NCBI GenBank assembly: GCA_038844785.1
Contig: JAWBRA010000002.1
Coordinates: forward strand, 38,213 to 102,212
DNA: 64,000 bases
DNA from: Candidatus Caldarchaeum sp.
GTDB taxonomy: Archaea; Thermoproteota; Nitrososphaeria_A; Caldarchaeales; Caldarchaeaceae
Direction of reading: 5' to 3'
The translations under genes were made by a program, and so were the position numbers. Under the pieces are notes generated by a model. That model worked only from the letters and a program-made list of their open reading frames with translations. It had not been told where the DNA came from and searched no databases. Positions 41,207 to 49,514 of the stretch are shown here, piece after piece. How positions within the stretch are numbered: the first letter of the stretch is position 1; each line of letters starts with the position of its first letter.

Positions 41207-41482
41207 ATGGACGGCGGAGACGACTACTGGGTGGTGAGAATCCCCAAGCCGAAAAGGTTTTTCAGAGCTTTGGCTAGGATGTTTCGCGGGCTTGGCTCCG
41301 CTTCCATGAAGACGGTGACCGTCGACGTTCCGTTCACGTTAATCACCTCCCTGCTTGTCGGTGTCTTGCTCTTCATCTTCTTCACGAGCGTTGTAAAGAT
41401 TCCGGATTTGGTTGCTGCTGTCTTTACAGCGGTTCTCGTAGGCGTCTACCTTTACTTTTTACGTTCTGAGATGCATAGGTGA
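41207..41482 (+). CDS. Small two-TM membrane protein
   Basis: ATG at 41207; two hydrophobic segments. Confidence 0.55.
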   Translation: MDGGDDYWVVRIPKPKRFFRALARMFRGLGSASMKTVTVDVPFTLITSLLVGVLLFIFFTSVVKIPDLVAAVFTAVLVGVYLYFLRSEMHR

Positions 41483-41803
41483 AGGCCAGCACCAGAAGCT
41501 TACGGCGTCAACGCGCGCTGCTCTGTCGGCTGCCGCGGCATAGCATGCTAAAGCTAATCCGATGACGTGGTCGTCGTGTTCGCCTGCGGGGGCCTCATAT
41601 CTCGCTGTCCCTCCTGTGTTGATTTGCTGGAAGAGACGTAGCTGGTTTATCAACTGTATGGCGTCGGCTGGGAGAACTAGCTTCCCGCCAAGCAGGGTGT
41701 TTCCAAGGTTGTTTTTGACGGGGGCTGTGAGCCTCACAGGAACCAAGCTTGTGGTTTTTTTCCGCCAAAGCCTCGGCGAGAGGCGCTCCCATACCTGTAG
41801 CAT
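41459..41803 (-). pseudogene. Fragment resembling the C-terminal nuclease end of a viral terminase large subunit
   Basis: LINQLRLFQ...YEAPAGEHDDHVIGLALA. Confidence 0.6.
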
Positions 41804-41859
41804 CTACGGCTATACGGCTACGGCTGCAGGCGATAGTGTTTCAGCGGCTTTTCTGGAGG

Positions 41860-42450
41860 CTATGAGGGAGATCGGCAAGGCAGACGTAGATGTAGCCATG
41901 AAGGTTACGGACGAGGTGATAAACATACTGGCGAGCAGGGGGGTCGAGAAACCCCATGTCGAGGAGATTCAGGACCTTGTTGAGCTTTCGCTTATGAGGC
42001 ACGGTCTTTATGATGTAGCCAAGGCATACATCACGTATAGAAAACGTAGGGAGGGGGGAGGGCTGGGAAAAGGGCTGTACTCGGGGTTGAGCCCTCCAGA
42101 CGGGCTAAGAAAGCCCTCTCAGTCAACGCGGTCAGGCTTCTAGCCTCAAGATACCTTCTGCGTGATGGGAGCGGGGTTGTTGAGACGCCCGAGAGAATGG
42201 TTTACAGGGTTGCTTGGGGATAGCCGTGGCCGAAGCTTTATACGACAGCAGGCTCGTCCCAACCCCCGAAAACCTCCTCATAAACAAATACATCCGAGAG
42301 GATTTAAGACGGCTTCTGGAGAAATCCGGCAGACCTCAGGACTTCATGGACGACGCCATACTTGAAAAGGTTACGGCAGCCTTCAACGACTTCAGCAGGC
42401 TCATGTTCGAGGAGCTTTTTCTGCCCAACAGCCCTCCTCTTCATAGACCT
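41860..42450 (+). pseudogene. Ribonucleotide reductase N-terminal fragment (ATP cone plus start of catalytic domain), frameshifted and truncated
   Basis: HVEEIQDLVELSLM..DVAKAYITYR; in other frames NAVRLLASRYLLRD..ETP and FLPNSP. Confidence 0.75.
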
Positions 42451-42488
42451 CTTCTCCATTCCATTCTTCACTCATTCCGCAACACTTC

Positions 42489-42668
42489 CTAGCCACATTC
42501 AGCAAGCATTTCCGACAAACAGTCGCCGCACAGCCCTGCATCCCCGCTTTCCAGAAGCTTTTTAGCCTCGGCCTCGCTGTCCGCCAGAATATTATACAGG
42601 TTTTGAACTTCCGAGCAGTATCCCCCGCATTTACTCCATTCGTCGCTCTGGAACTTGAAGACTCTCAT
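42489..42668 (-). CDS. 59-aa Cys-rich small protein (below the ORF-track cutoff)
   Basis: MRVFKFQSDEWSKCGGYC...LCGDCLSEMLAECG*, translated by hand. Confidence 0.45.
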   Translation of the reverse strand: MRVFKFQSDEWSKCGGYCSEVQNLYNILADSEAEAKKLLESGDAGLCGDCLSEMLAECG

Positions 42669-42984
42669 GAACGGGTGAGAGACAGACGGGAATAAATGTT
42701 GAATAGGCCATGGGGGTTATCGCATAGCATCTTCTATCGCTTTGTAGTATTCGTCCACGATTGGTATGTATTTCCTTACTGGGTCTTCTTTAAAACCTTC
42801 CGCCACCCTCTCTACAACCTTCACCTGCACGTCCGTTAGATGGATGAGATTTCCATCCAGCCTTAGCCAACCTAACTCATGCAACATTCGTAGGCCATTT
42901 CTGGAGCGTTAGCCTTCCTCGCAGTGATTGATAAATGGCTGGAGAAGAGGCTCGCAGGCAGGTTGACCTGACGGCTGGCCAGAG

Positions 42985-43530
42985 ATGTTAAAAAGCCTAC
43001 CCATACATAGTAGGCCTATGCAGTCCAGTCTCGACTTATGGGTTGAAGATGTGGAAAAAGGGATTGGGAAGACGGTTGAAGAGAAGAGGCAGGTTGTAAG
43101 CCCGTCAGACCACGTAAACACCTGCTCATACCGTTCTCATCGGACACTCCTCCACACAGGCTCCATCTACGTCTTCTACCGTCCAGACGGAACACACGTT
43201 TACGCCGACTACGACCACGTTTTTCAGAACTGCCCGCCAGACTGCCTCGTAACGGCTGTCGGAAAACTGCACGAGATGGCTGAGGTCTTGAGGAGAGAGG
43301 GGGTTGACGTCCAAGCCATAGCGAAAGCTTTCGACGACGACCTTTACATATACGTCTCTCAACCCGACCACGTTAAGAGGGGGGAGAAGATAGCATCTGA
43401 CAGGGGCTTCAGGGCCTTCGCCACACACGTCAACGAACCCGAGCAGTTAAAGCGGGAAGAGCGGAGCGTCAGCTCCTACATGACATTCATGCCGTCCGTG
43501 AGAACCTCGGGAATGGCCAAAGGTAGTTAA
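42985..43530 (+). CDS. Hypothetical protein within the mobile-element relic
   Basis: 181-aa ORF with no motif recognised. Confidence 0.5.
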   Translation: MLKSLPIHSRPMQSSLDLWVEDVEKGIGKTVEEKRQVVSPSDHVNTCSYRSHRTLLHTGSIYVFYRPDGTHVYADYDHVFQNCPPDCLVTAVGKLHEMAEVLRREGVDVQAIAKAFDDDLYIYVSQPDHVKRGEKIASDRGFRAFATHVNEPEQLKREERSVSSYMTFMPSVRTSGMAKGS

Positions 43531-43555
43531 ATACTTGAAGGGAATGGTGTAGGTC

Positions 43556-44467
43556 ATGACTGCACAGGAACAGGTTGAAAATAAAACGATAGCCGATACT
43601 AATCAGATAACCGTTACCACTACCGTCAGCACGTGGGACACTTTACTCGGCGTCTTCAAAGTCCTTGACAACGACGTTATGTTCAGAAAGTCGAACTTGG
43701 ACGACACGGTGGAGTTTTACACTATACACCCCGCACACGTGTTGACGGCTCGGGCAAAGCTCTCCATGGCTTGCGAAGGCGACGGTCAGGGACTCGTGTA
43801 TGTGAAGGACGTTACGGATTTTGCCAAGGCTTTCGACAAAAACGCAGTATTACGGTATACTTTCAAAAAGCTTGACCGCTACTCTTGCGAGGTGCGTTTA
43901 GAAGCGAGAGGACAGCTTGAAGGGTTTAGAACGTTCAGGAGACAGGTTGCCATGCCCGCTGACGATTTTCCCGAACATGTTTACCACACTCCGTTGGCAG
44001 AGGCTTCGATGAACGTCAAGAACCTTAAACGACTGTTCAACATGGACATGTCCTACGTTGATACCGTCAAGGTCTCAATTGTGGAGAAGGCTCTAACGTT
44101 AGAAACGAGGGACGACGAGGGCGTTAAACAGTTCTCAGCATCCGTCAACACGGTAACAGGCTCCGAGAAGAGTTACTTCAACTGCCCCATACTAACAAAG
44201 GTGGTTAAAAGCCTTCCCGACACACCTATATCCGGCATACGTTTTTACAGGTTTTCAGGATTTATGGCTTGGAGAGGTGTGGTTTCGGGTTTTCTGGCCA
44301 AAATGCAAAATTTCCCGTTTTCAAGAGTGGAGAGGCGTAATTCATGGTTTTCAGCATGCTCTAAAGCTTGTATTCTCTGGTATGGTAGTGTTTGCGCTGG
44401 TGGGTTGTTTGGCTCACCAGCCTACATCAGATACTTTCCTTCCAAAGGCAGAGTATCGTGTGGCTAA
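43556..44467 (+). CDS. Divergent PCNA/sliding-clamp-like protein; C-terminus probably disrupted
   Basis: FYTIHPAHVL resembles PCNA AMDPSHV; two-domain spacing; SYFNCPILTKVVK resembles the PCNA S.F...YL motif; composition changes after ~44240. Confidence 0.55.
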   Translation: MTAQEQVENKTIADTNQITVTTTVSTWDTLLGVFKVLDNDVMFRKSNLDDTVEFYTIHPAHVLTARAKLSMACEGDGQGLVYVKDVTDFAKAFDKNAVLRYTFKKLDRYSCEVRLEARGQLEGFRTFRRQVAMPADDFPEHVYHTPLAEASMNVKNLKRLFNMDMSYVDTVKVSIVEKALTLETRDDEGVKQFSASVNTVTGSEKSYFNCPILTKVVKSLPDTPISGIRFYRFSGFMAWRGVVSGFLAKMQNFPFSRVERRNSWFSACSKACILWYGSVCAGGLFGSPAYIRYFPSKGRVSCG

Positions 44468-44618
44468 GATAGTTTGTGAGGATAGAGGCTCTATGAGGCT
44501 TAAACTACCTGTAACTGTTTGGCGGTCTTTAAACATACCTGATAAGGGAGAGTATATTGGTGTTGTTAGGGAGGAGAGGTTCAGGGGAGATATGACATTG
44601 AAGCAGGATGGAGGTTGA
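44460..44618 (+). CDS. Small AbrB/SpoVT-like protein
   Basis: GTG-started AKIVCEDRGSMRLKLPVTVWRSLNIPDKGEY pattern. Confidence 0.4.
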   Translation: MAKIVCEDRGSMRLKLPVTVWRSLNIPDKGEYIGVVREERFRGDMTLKQDGG

Positions 44619-44917
44619 GGATACCAAATATGTATAAGCCGTTGTTTTATTTAGAGGCTAACGACTGGAGAGAGGTTAGAATAGCCTTATGGGTTGAAGA
44701 CGGAACACCATGTTTCAGCTATAAGGAACATGAGGAATCTCCCTTTATTCCTTCAGTCCGTCAGCCAAATTATGGCAGGGGGAATGGTATTGTAGTAGAT
44801 GTTGTCAAACCTTCTCCAACAGGGATAAATGCCCAAACTGCAACAGAATATTAAGGAAAAAACCAAGAAAAAAGAGAAATACACATCAACCATATAGTTA
44901 TGATTAAGCGGCCGCTC
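44526..44917. repeat. Dispersed L segment, copy C (contains ORF 44615-44854), abutting a tRNA 5' fragment
   Basis: Near-identical to copy B over most of its length. Confidence 0.9.
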
Positions 44918-44940
44918 TAACCCGGCTGAGCTACCAGGGC
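44908..44940 (-). pseudogene. tRNA 5' fragment (Thr-like, identity uncertain)
   Basis: GCCCTGG TA GCTC AGCCGGGTTA GAGC G GCCGC, then the L segment; no 3' half seen; begins 6 nt after tRNA-Arg. Confidence 0.8.
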
Positions 44941-44946
44941 TTTCTG

Positions 44947-45081
44947 CGGGCCCGGTGGGACTTGAACCCTATCGGCAAGAGCTTTCCAGCCCATTGCTCA
45001 CGACCCCCGACTTAGAAGGCCGGTAAACCAGAGATATTGGTAGGCAGAATCTCTTCTCTGTCCATTCTGAGCTACGGGCCC
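44947..45081 (-). tRNA. tRNA-Arg(TCT) with two 30-nt non-canonical introns (24/25: 45026-45055; T-stem 50/51 or 51/52: ~44969-44998)
   Basis: GGGCCCG TA GCTC AGAATGGACA GAG[i1]T A CCGGC CT TCT AA GTCGG GGGTC GTG[i2]GG TTCAAGT CCCAC CGGGCCC G. Confidence 0.9.
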
Positions 45082-45094
45082 ATGAAATAGACGG

Positions 45095-45242
45095 TTTTCC
45101 CCTATATTTATGTTTGTAAAGGAGAGACAGAGGGGGTGTTTGGCTGGAGTCCCCTCATCTGGCAACGTGTGGAAAGCCGGATGAAAACCATGCATTGCCT
45201 TCTAAATCGCCGTAAACCGTTCGGCGCGCTATCCATTCTGCG
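45095..45242 (-). repeat. Second, partial copy of the hairpin/R-end with different 9-nt windows
   Basis: Aligns with 35523-35665; windows AGCGCGCCG (45222-45230) and TTAGAAGGC (45197-45205). Confidence 0.8.
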
Positions 45243-45317
45243 TCAAGTGTACAGCTGTTTACTATAGTCGTAGAAATTTTGTAGAAGAGTATTTTTGAGC
45301 TTTGTAGCATGTTTTCT

Positions 45318-46436
45318 TCACAGCCTTAGGAGAAGATGTAGGTTGCCTATGTGGACTTTCTTCAAGTGTTTTAAGGCTGCTTTGTAGCATTCTGAGACTT
45401 GCTTGTAGGGGGTTATCGGCAGGTCATCCATCAAGTAATCTGGATTGAATACTAGAAGGCTGTATGGTATGCTTTCGTCTAAAGAGGCGATGAACTCCGC
45501 AATATGTTCCACTTCCTCAGCGTCGACATATCCGGGAACCAGAAGAGTTGTGGCAGCTAGTGTAGGAACTTCACTTCTCCCTGCATAGAAAAGACGGTAA
45601 ACCATCTCAAAGTTTTGAAATATACGGTTGTTGTCCATTCCTGTCAGGGCTTTGTGGACAACAGGGTTGAAGGCTTTTAGGTCGAACTTCACGTTTCCAC
45701 CGGTTTCGACAACGGTCTCTAGGGCACGTCTGACGAGAGCCGGGTCGCCGTCGCCGTTCCACTCATAACATATTCTCACAATTCTATTAGGCGGCTTGGA
45801 TTCAGCCATTAGCCTGGATGCTTTTATGGCAAAGGGAAGCTGTGGTTCTGCGGAGCCGCCGAACCAGCACCAGCATGAAATAGACGGATTGCTCAATGTT
45901 ACGTCAACAAGCTCCTCCGGATAGACATACGGTGCTTCGGATAGTCTTTTATGGCTCCAGTTCTGGCAAAAGAGACAGTTGAGGCTGCAGCCGTAAAAGA
46001 ACAGTGCTAGGTTGTAGTACCCTGTTTCAGGTCCCTGTCTGTAGGCGTACTTTGGGTAGCCGCATCCTGTTCCGGCTGGACAGAAGTATGCATTGCAACA
46101 GTTGGTTACGTGTGGGTCGAGATAGTAGTGGAGGAGCCCTGCTCCGGCAGGAGCCAACGAAAACATCCGCCCTTTCCTGTTTCCCCTCAACCCGCAGTAG
46201 CCCATCTCACCATCTCCCATGACGCAGCCTGCTGCACAGAGCCTGCAGGGAATGCCTCCTGGAGTCCTAGGAGGTGTGGCAGGGAGTTTGAAAAGTTTTC
46301 TTGAATAGGAATGTCCCTCCTCGGCTATCGGCAGAGATTCTTCAGGCCTATTCCTCAAACACTTCAGACATACGCCCACCGTTTTTGATACAAATCCTCT
46401 GACGCCGCAAAGGCGGCATGCGCTCTCCGCCTTCAT
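45318..46436 (-). CDS. Radical SAM protein, PflA/PflX-like activating-enzyme family
   Basis: GCSLNCLFCQN; N-terminal Cys clusters; KFDLKA. Confidence 0.88.
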   Translation of the reverse strand: MKAESACRLCGVRGFVSKTVGVCLKCLRNRPEESLPIAEEGHSYSRKLFKLPATPPRTPGGIPCRLCAAGCVMGDGEMGYCGLRGNRKGRMFSLAPAGAGLLHYYLDPHVTNCCNAYFCPAGTGCGYPKYAYRQGPETGYYNLALFFYGCSLNCLFCQNWSHKRLSEAPYVYPEELVDVTLSNPSISCWCWFGGSAEPQLPFAIKASRLMAESKPPNRIVRICYEWNGDGDPALVRRALETVVETGGNVKFDLKAFNPVVHKALTGMDNNRIFQNFEMVYRLFYAGRSEVPTLAATTLLVPGYVDAEEVEHIAEFIASLDESIPYSLLVFNPDYLMDDLPITPYKQVSECYKAALKHLKKVHIGNLHLLLRL

Positions 46437-46471
46437 CCATTAAATCATACCATCTGGCCTGTTCAATAGTT

Positions 46472-47251
46472 TTACCTGTAAGCCCAGCTTACAAGTTTCT
46501 TCTCTAATAAAGCGAATACAAGGAACAGGCTGATGCCTAGGAACGATATTATCAGTAGGCCTGCGAAGACAAGAGGCACGTCAAACCTAGAGCTTGCGGC
46601 TATCATCAGGTAGCCTGTTCCCTCGTTGCTCGCAACTGTTTCGGAGATGACCGCTCCCACAAAGGCGAGGGTTGAAGCTACTTTGAGGGAGCCGAAGAAG
46701 TAGGGCATAGACCTGGGGAGGCCTATTTTCACGAATATCTGACCCTTTGATGCGCCTAGAGATCTTAGAACGTCTTTTATCTCCGGCTCTATCGTGGCAA
46801 GTGCGATGGCTACGTTTACAACTATGGGGAAGAAGGAAATCAGGAATGCAGTGAGTATTGCCGGAACCTTTCCCACGCCAAACCATATCACAAGTATAGG
46901 CACGATGGCGACTTTAGGAATAGTGTTGAACGCCACTAAAAGAGGGTAGACCGCTCTGTAAACAATGGCCGAGTATCCGACGGCTAGACCAAGGCCGAGG
47001 CCGAAGATAATTGACAGTCCGAAGCCGATAACCGTGGCTTCTAGAGTTGCGTATGAATGCTTAAGAATTATGTCGAAAGTCTGCTGCATCGATATGAATA
47101 TTCTCGAGGGAGAGGGGAGTACAAACTCAGGGATCTGGAACAGGTGTACTGTAGCCTCCCATCCTATGAAAAAACCTATGAAAACTAAGACGGGGAGTCC
47201 GTATTCCTTCAGCGCTGAAACAACCAGCTCTGAAACAGGTTGTTTAGACAT
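46472..47251 (-). CDS. NitT/TauT family ABC permease
   Basis: LPSPS, IPKVAIVP, SLGAS. Confidence 0.92.
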   Translation of the reverse strand: MSKQPVSELVVSALKEYGLPVLVFIGFFIGWEATVHLFQIPEFVLPSPSRIFISMQQTFDIILKHSYATLEATVIGFGLSIIFGLGLGLAVGYSAIVYRAVYPLLVAFNTIPKVAIVPILVIWFGVGKVPAILTAFLISFFPIVVNVAIALATIEPEIKDVLRSLGASKGQIFVKIGLPRSMPYFFGSLKVASTLAFVGAVISETVASNEGTGYLMIAASSRFDVPLVFAGLLIISFLGISLFLVFALLEKKLVSWAYR

Positions 47252-48037
47252 CTATCTCACCCTTATCAGTTCATGGAGCCTTTGCATCTGTCGGACGAAC
47301 ATTTCATCATAAGTGATTTCTATGTCTCTGGGTCGAGGGAAGTCGGACACCATCACGTCGATTACTCTTCCCGGCCTTCTGCTCATCACATAGACTTTGT
47401 CGGAGAGGTATAACGCTTCTTTAAGGTCGTGCGTAACCATCACAACTGTACATCGTGTCTTAAGCCACAGATTTTGGAGAACATTCCAAAGTTCTTCACG
47501 GATGAACAGGTCTAACGCTCCGAAGGGTTCGTCGAGGAGAAGTATGGCAGGGTCGTGTATCAAAGCCCTGCACAGCGAAACCCTTTGCTGCATGCCTCCG
47601 GAAAGCTCCCACGGTTTCTTGTCTGCGAATTCTTCAAGCCCCACAGTCTTCAATAGGGTTAAAGCTTTTTCAACATATTGTCTCTTTTTCTCGCTGAACT
47701 GTGACTTATGTGGTTCCACAACCTCCAACGGAAGCAGAATGTTTTGCAAGACTGTTCTCCAAGGTAGGAGTACGGGGTTTTGAAAAGCCATCCCAACTAT
47801 TGACAAAGGCCCGTCCACAATCCTACCGTCAACACGAACCTCACCCTCGGTCGGCTGAAGAAGACCTGATATGATCTTTAGGATTGTTGTTTTTCCGCAG
47901 CCGCTCGGCCCCACTATTGACGTGAAGCTTCCCTTCTCAATGGTTAGGCTGACTTTCTCAAGCGCTTGAACAGTTGATATTTTTCGGAAACCTGACTTGG
48001 AAACATATTGAAGGCTGACGTCTTTCAGCTCTATCAA
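47252..48037 (-). CDS. NitT/TauT family ABC ATPase
   Basis: GPSGCGKT, LLPWRTV, DEPFGALD. Confidence 0.93.
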   Translation of the reverse strand: MIELKDVSLQYVSKSGFRKISTVQALEKVSLTIEKGSFTSIVGPSGCGKTTILKIISGLLQPTEGEVRVDGRIVDGPLSIVGMAFQNPVLLPWRTVLQNILLPLEVVEPHKSQFSEKKRQYVEKALTLLKTVGLEEFADKKPWELSGGMQQRVSLCRALIHDPAILLLDEPFGALDLFIREELWNVLQNLWLKTRCTVVMVTHDLKEALYLSDKVYVMSRRPGRVIDVMVSDFPRPRDIEITYDEMFVRQMQRLHELIRVR

Positions 48038-48069
48038 TCCAGCACCATTTACAAAAATGTAGGGTATTT

Positions 48070-49122
48070 TTAGATTGTTCTTTCTTCTTTAGGCGGTAGG
48101 AACCGGTCTGTGAAGATTTCGTCGGGGGACGGCGTTCTTGGAAGCCCGAAAGCTGTCACGACCGCCTGTATCGTCTTCTCAAGCCTAGCTCTGTCGACAG
48201 CACCTAAGCCATTGCGTCGAACCTCTTCGGTCAGCATGTTGTCCTTTAACGCGAGCTGAAGCCTTTGGTATTCGATGTCACGGTCTACGAGCGGGTCTCT
48301 TAGCTTTACAAAGTCGGCGGCTTTGGACGGGTCTGCTATGACATCTTTCATCGCCTTGTTAACCGCTCTTACGAAGCGGGCTACGGCGTCCGGGTTTGAT
48401 TCCATGAAATCCTTCCTCACGATCACAGCGTTTCCATAAAGCTCCACGCCGAAGTCAGTGTATTTAAAAGCCACTATCTGGCTGGGGTCTACCTTTAGAG
48501 CCAGTAGGTTCAGGTATGCCGTGAAGTAGAACCCTGTTATTGCATCTACTTCGCCTTGAACTAGAGACGGCTCCCTCAGAGCGGGTGACATGCTAACCCA
48601 CTGTATTTTTGCAGGGTCTAAGCCTGTCTCTTTCGCGAAGACGGGGAAAAGCCTCCTAGGAGCGTCGCCCTCCGGAGCCCCTATCTTCTTCCCCTCAAGG
48701 TCTTTGGGCGTGTTTATTCCCTTGGTTTTTAGAGTTACGACCGAGTATGGCGGCTTGTTGAGAACCATGTAAACAGCGATCAGCTCTTTGCCGGGGTTTT
48801 TGACGTTGAATTCGATTAGGGCGTCGATGCTTCCGTAACCCATCTGATACACCCCCGACGCTACTTTTGTGATGGCGTCTGCGGAACCATAGCCTCTGTC
48901 GATCGTGACCGCTAGACCTTCCTGAGCGAAATATCCTTTTTCAAGGGCTACGATGAAAGGTGCTTGGGGGCCCTGCACAGCCCAGTCGAGGACAAACTTT
49001 ATGGAGACAACCTGAGGTTTTGGAGCTGGCAGAACTATCGGGCTGACGAAAATACCCACGACGAGGCCAACGACCAAGAAAACTGCCGCTGTTACGAGAG
49101 TTTTAGCCGACACCATACGCAA
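48070..49122 (-). CDS. NMT1/THI5-like ABC substrate-binding protein
   Basis: LDW..QG, KGYFAQEGL, GYGS, LYGN. Confidence 0.88.
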   Translation of the reverse strand: MRMVSAKTLVTAAVFLVVGLVVGIFVSPIVLPAPKPQVVSIKFVLDWAVQGPQAPFIVALEKGYFAQEGLAVTIDRGYGSADAITKVASGVYQMGYGSIDALIEFNVKNPGKELIAVYMVLNKPPYSVVTLKTKGINTPKDLEGKKIGAPEGDAPRRLFPVFAKETGLDPAKIQWVSMSPALREPSLVQGEVDAITGFYFTAYLNLLALKVDPSQIVAFKYTDFGVELYGNAVIVRKDFMESNPDAVARFVRAVNKAMKDVIADPSKAADFVKLRDPLVDRDIEYQRLQLALKDNMLTEEVRRNGLGAVDRARLEKTIQAVVTAFGLPRTPSPDEIFTDRFLPPKEERTI

Positions 49123-49154
49123 AGGGTCTTTGCAAGATTGTTATTAAACGTTTC

Positions 49155-49511
49155 CTAAAAGGTGATGACAATGAATCCTGTTGACGCGGCCTCAGCCACG
49201 ACTGCGGTGGAGTCGTCAGCTATGACAAGTTGTTTGTCAACCTTCTCGTCGAGCCCGTAGGCTCTCAAGTTTCCTGAACAAACGGCGACATAAACACCTT
49301 TCTCCTTCAAAGCCGTCAAATAGTCACAGACCAGTTTGTAATGCGTGTTTGACGGGTCTAGCAGATGAGCTCCCGGTCCTACAAACAGAACTCTAACTTC
49401 TTGGGCGAGTTTTTCACGTACTATGTTTCTTGCAATTCTAAGGCCTTGTCGTGCTTTTTCTATTTCCGCAGGGCCTGAGACTATTATAAAGAGTATCTTC
49501 GACCCGTTCAA
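49155..49511 (-). CDS. DsrE family protein
   Basis: LFVGPG, VAVCS, C-terminal VITF. Confidence 0.75.
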   Translation of the reverse strand: MNGSKILFIIVSGPAEIEKARQGLRIARNIVREKLAQEVRVLFVGPGAHLLDPSNTHYKLVCDYLTALKEKGVYVAVCSGNLRAYGLDEKVDKQLVIADDSTAVVAEAASTGFIVITF

Positions 49512-49514
49512 GGT

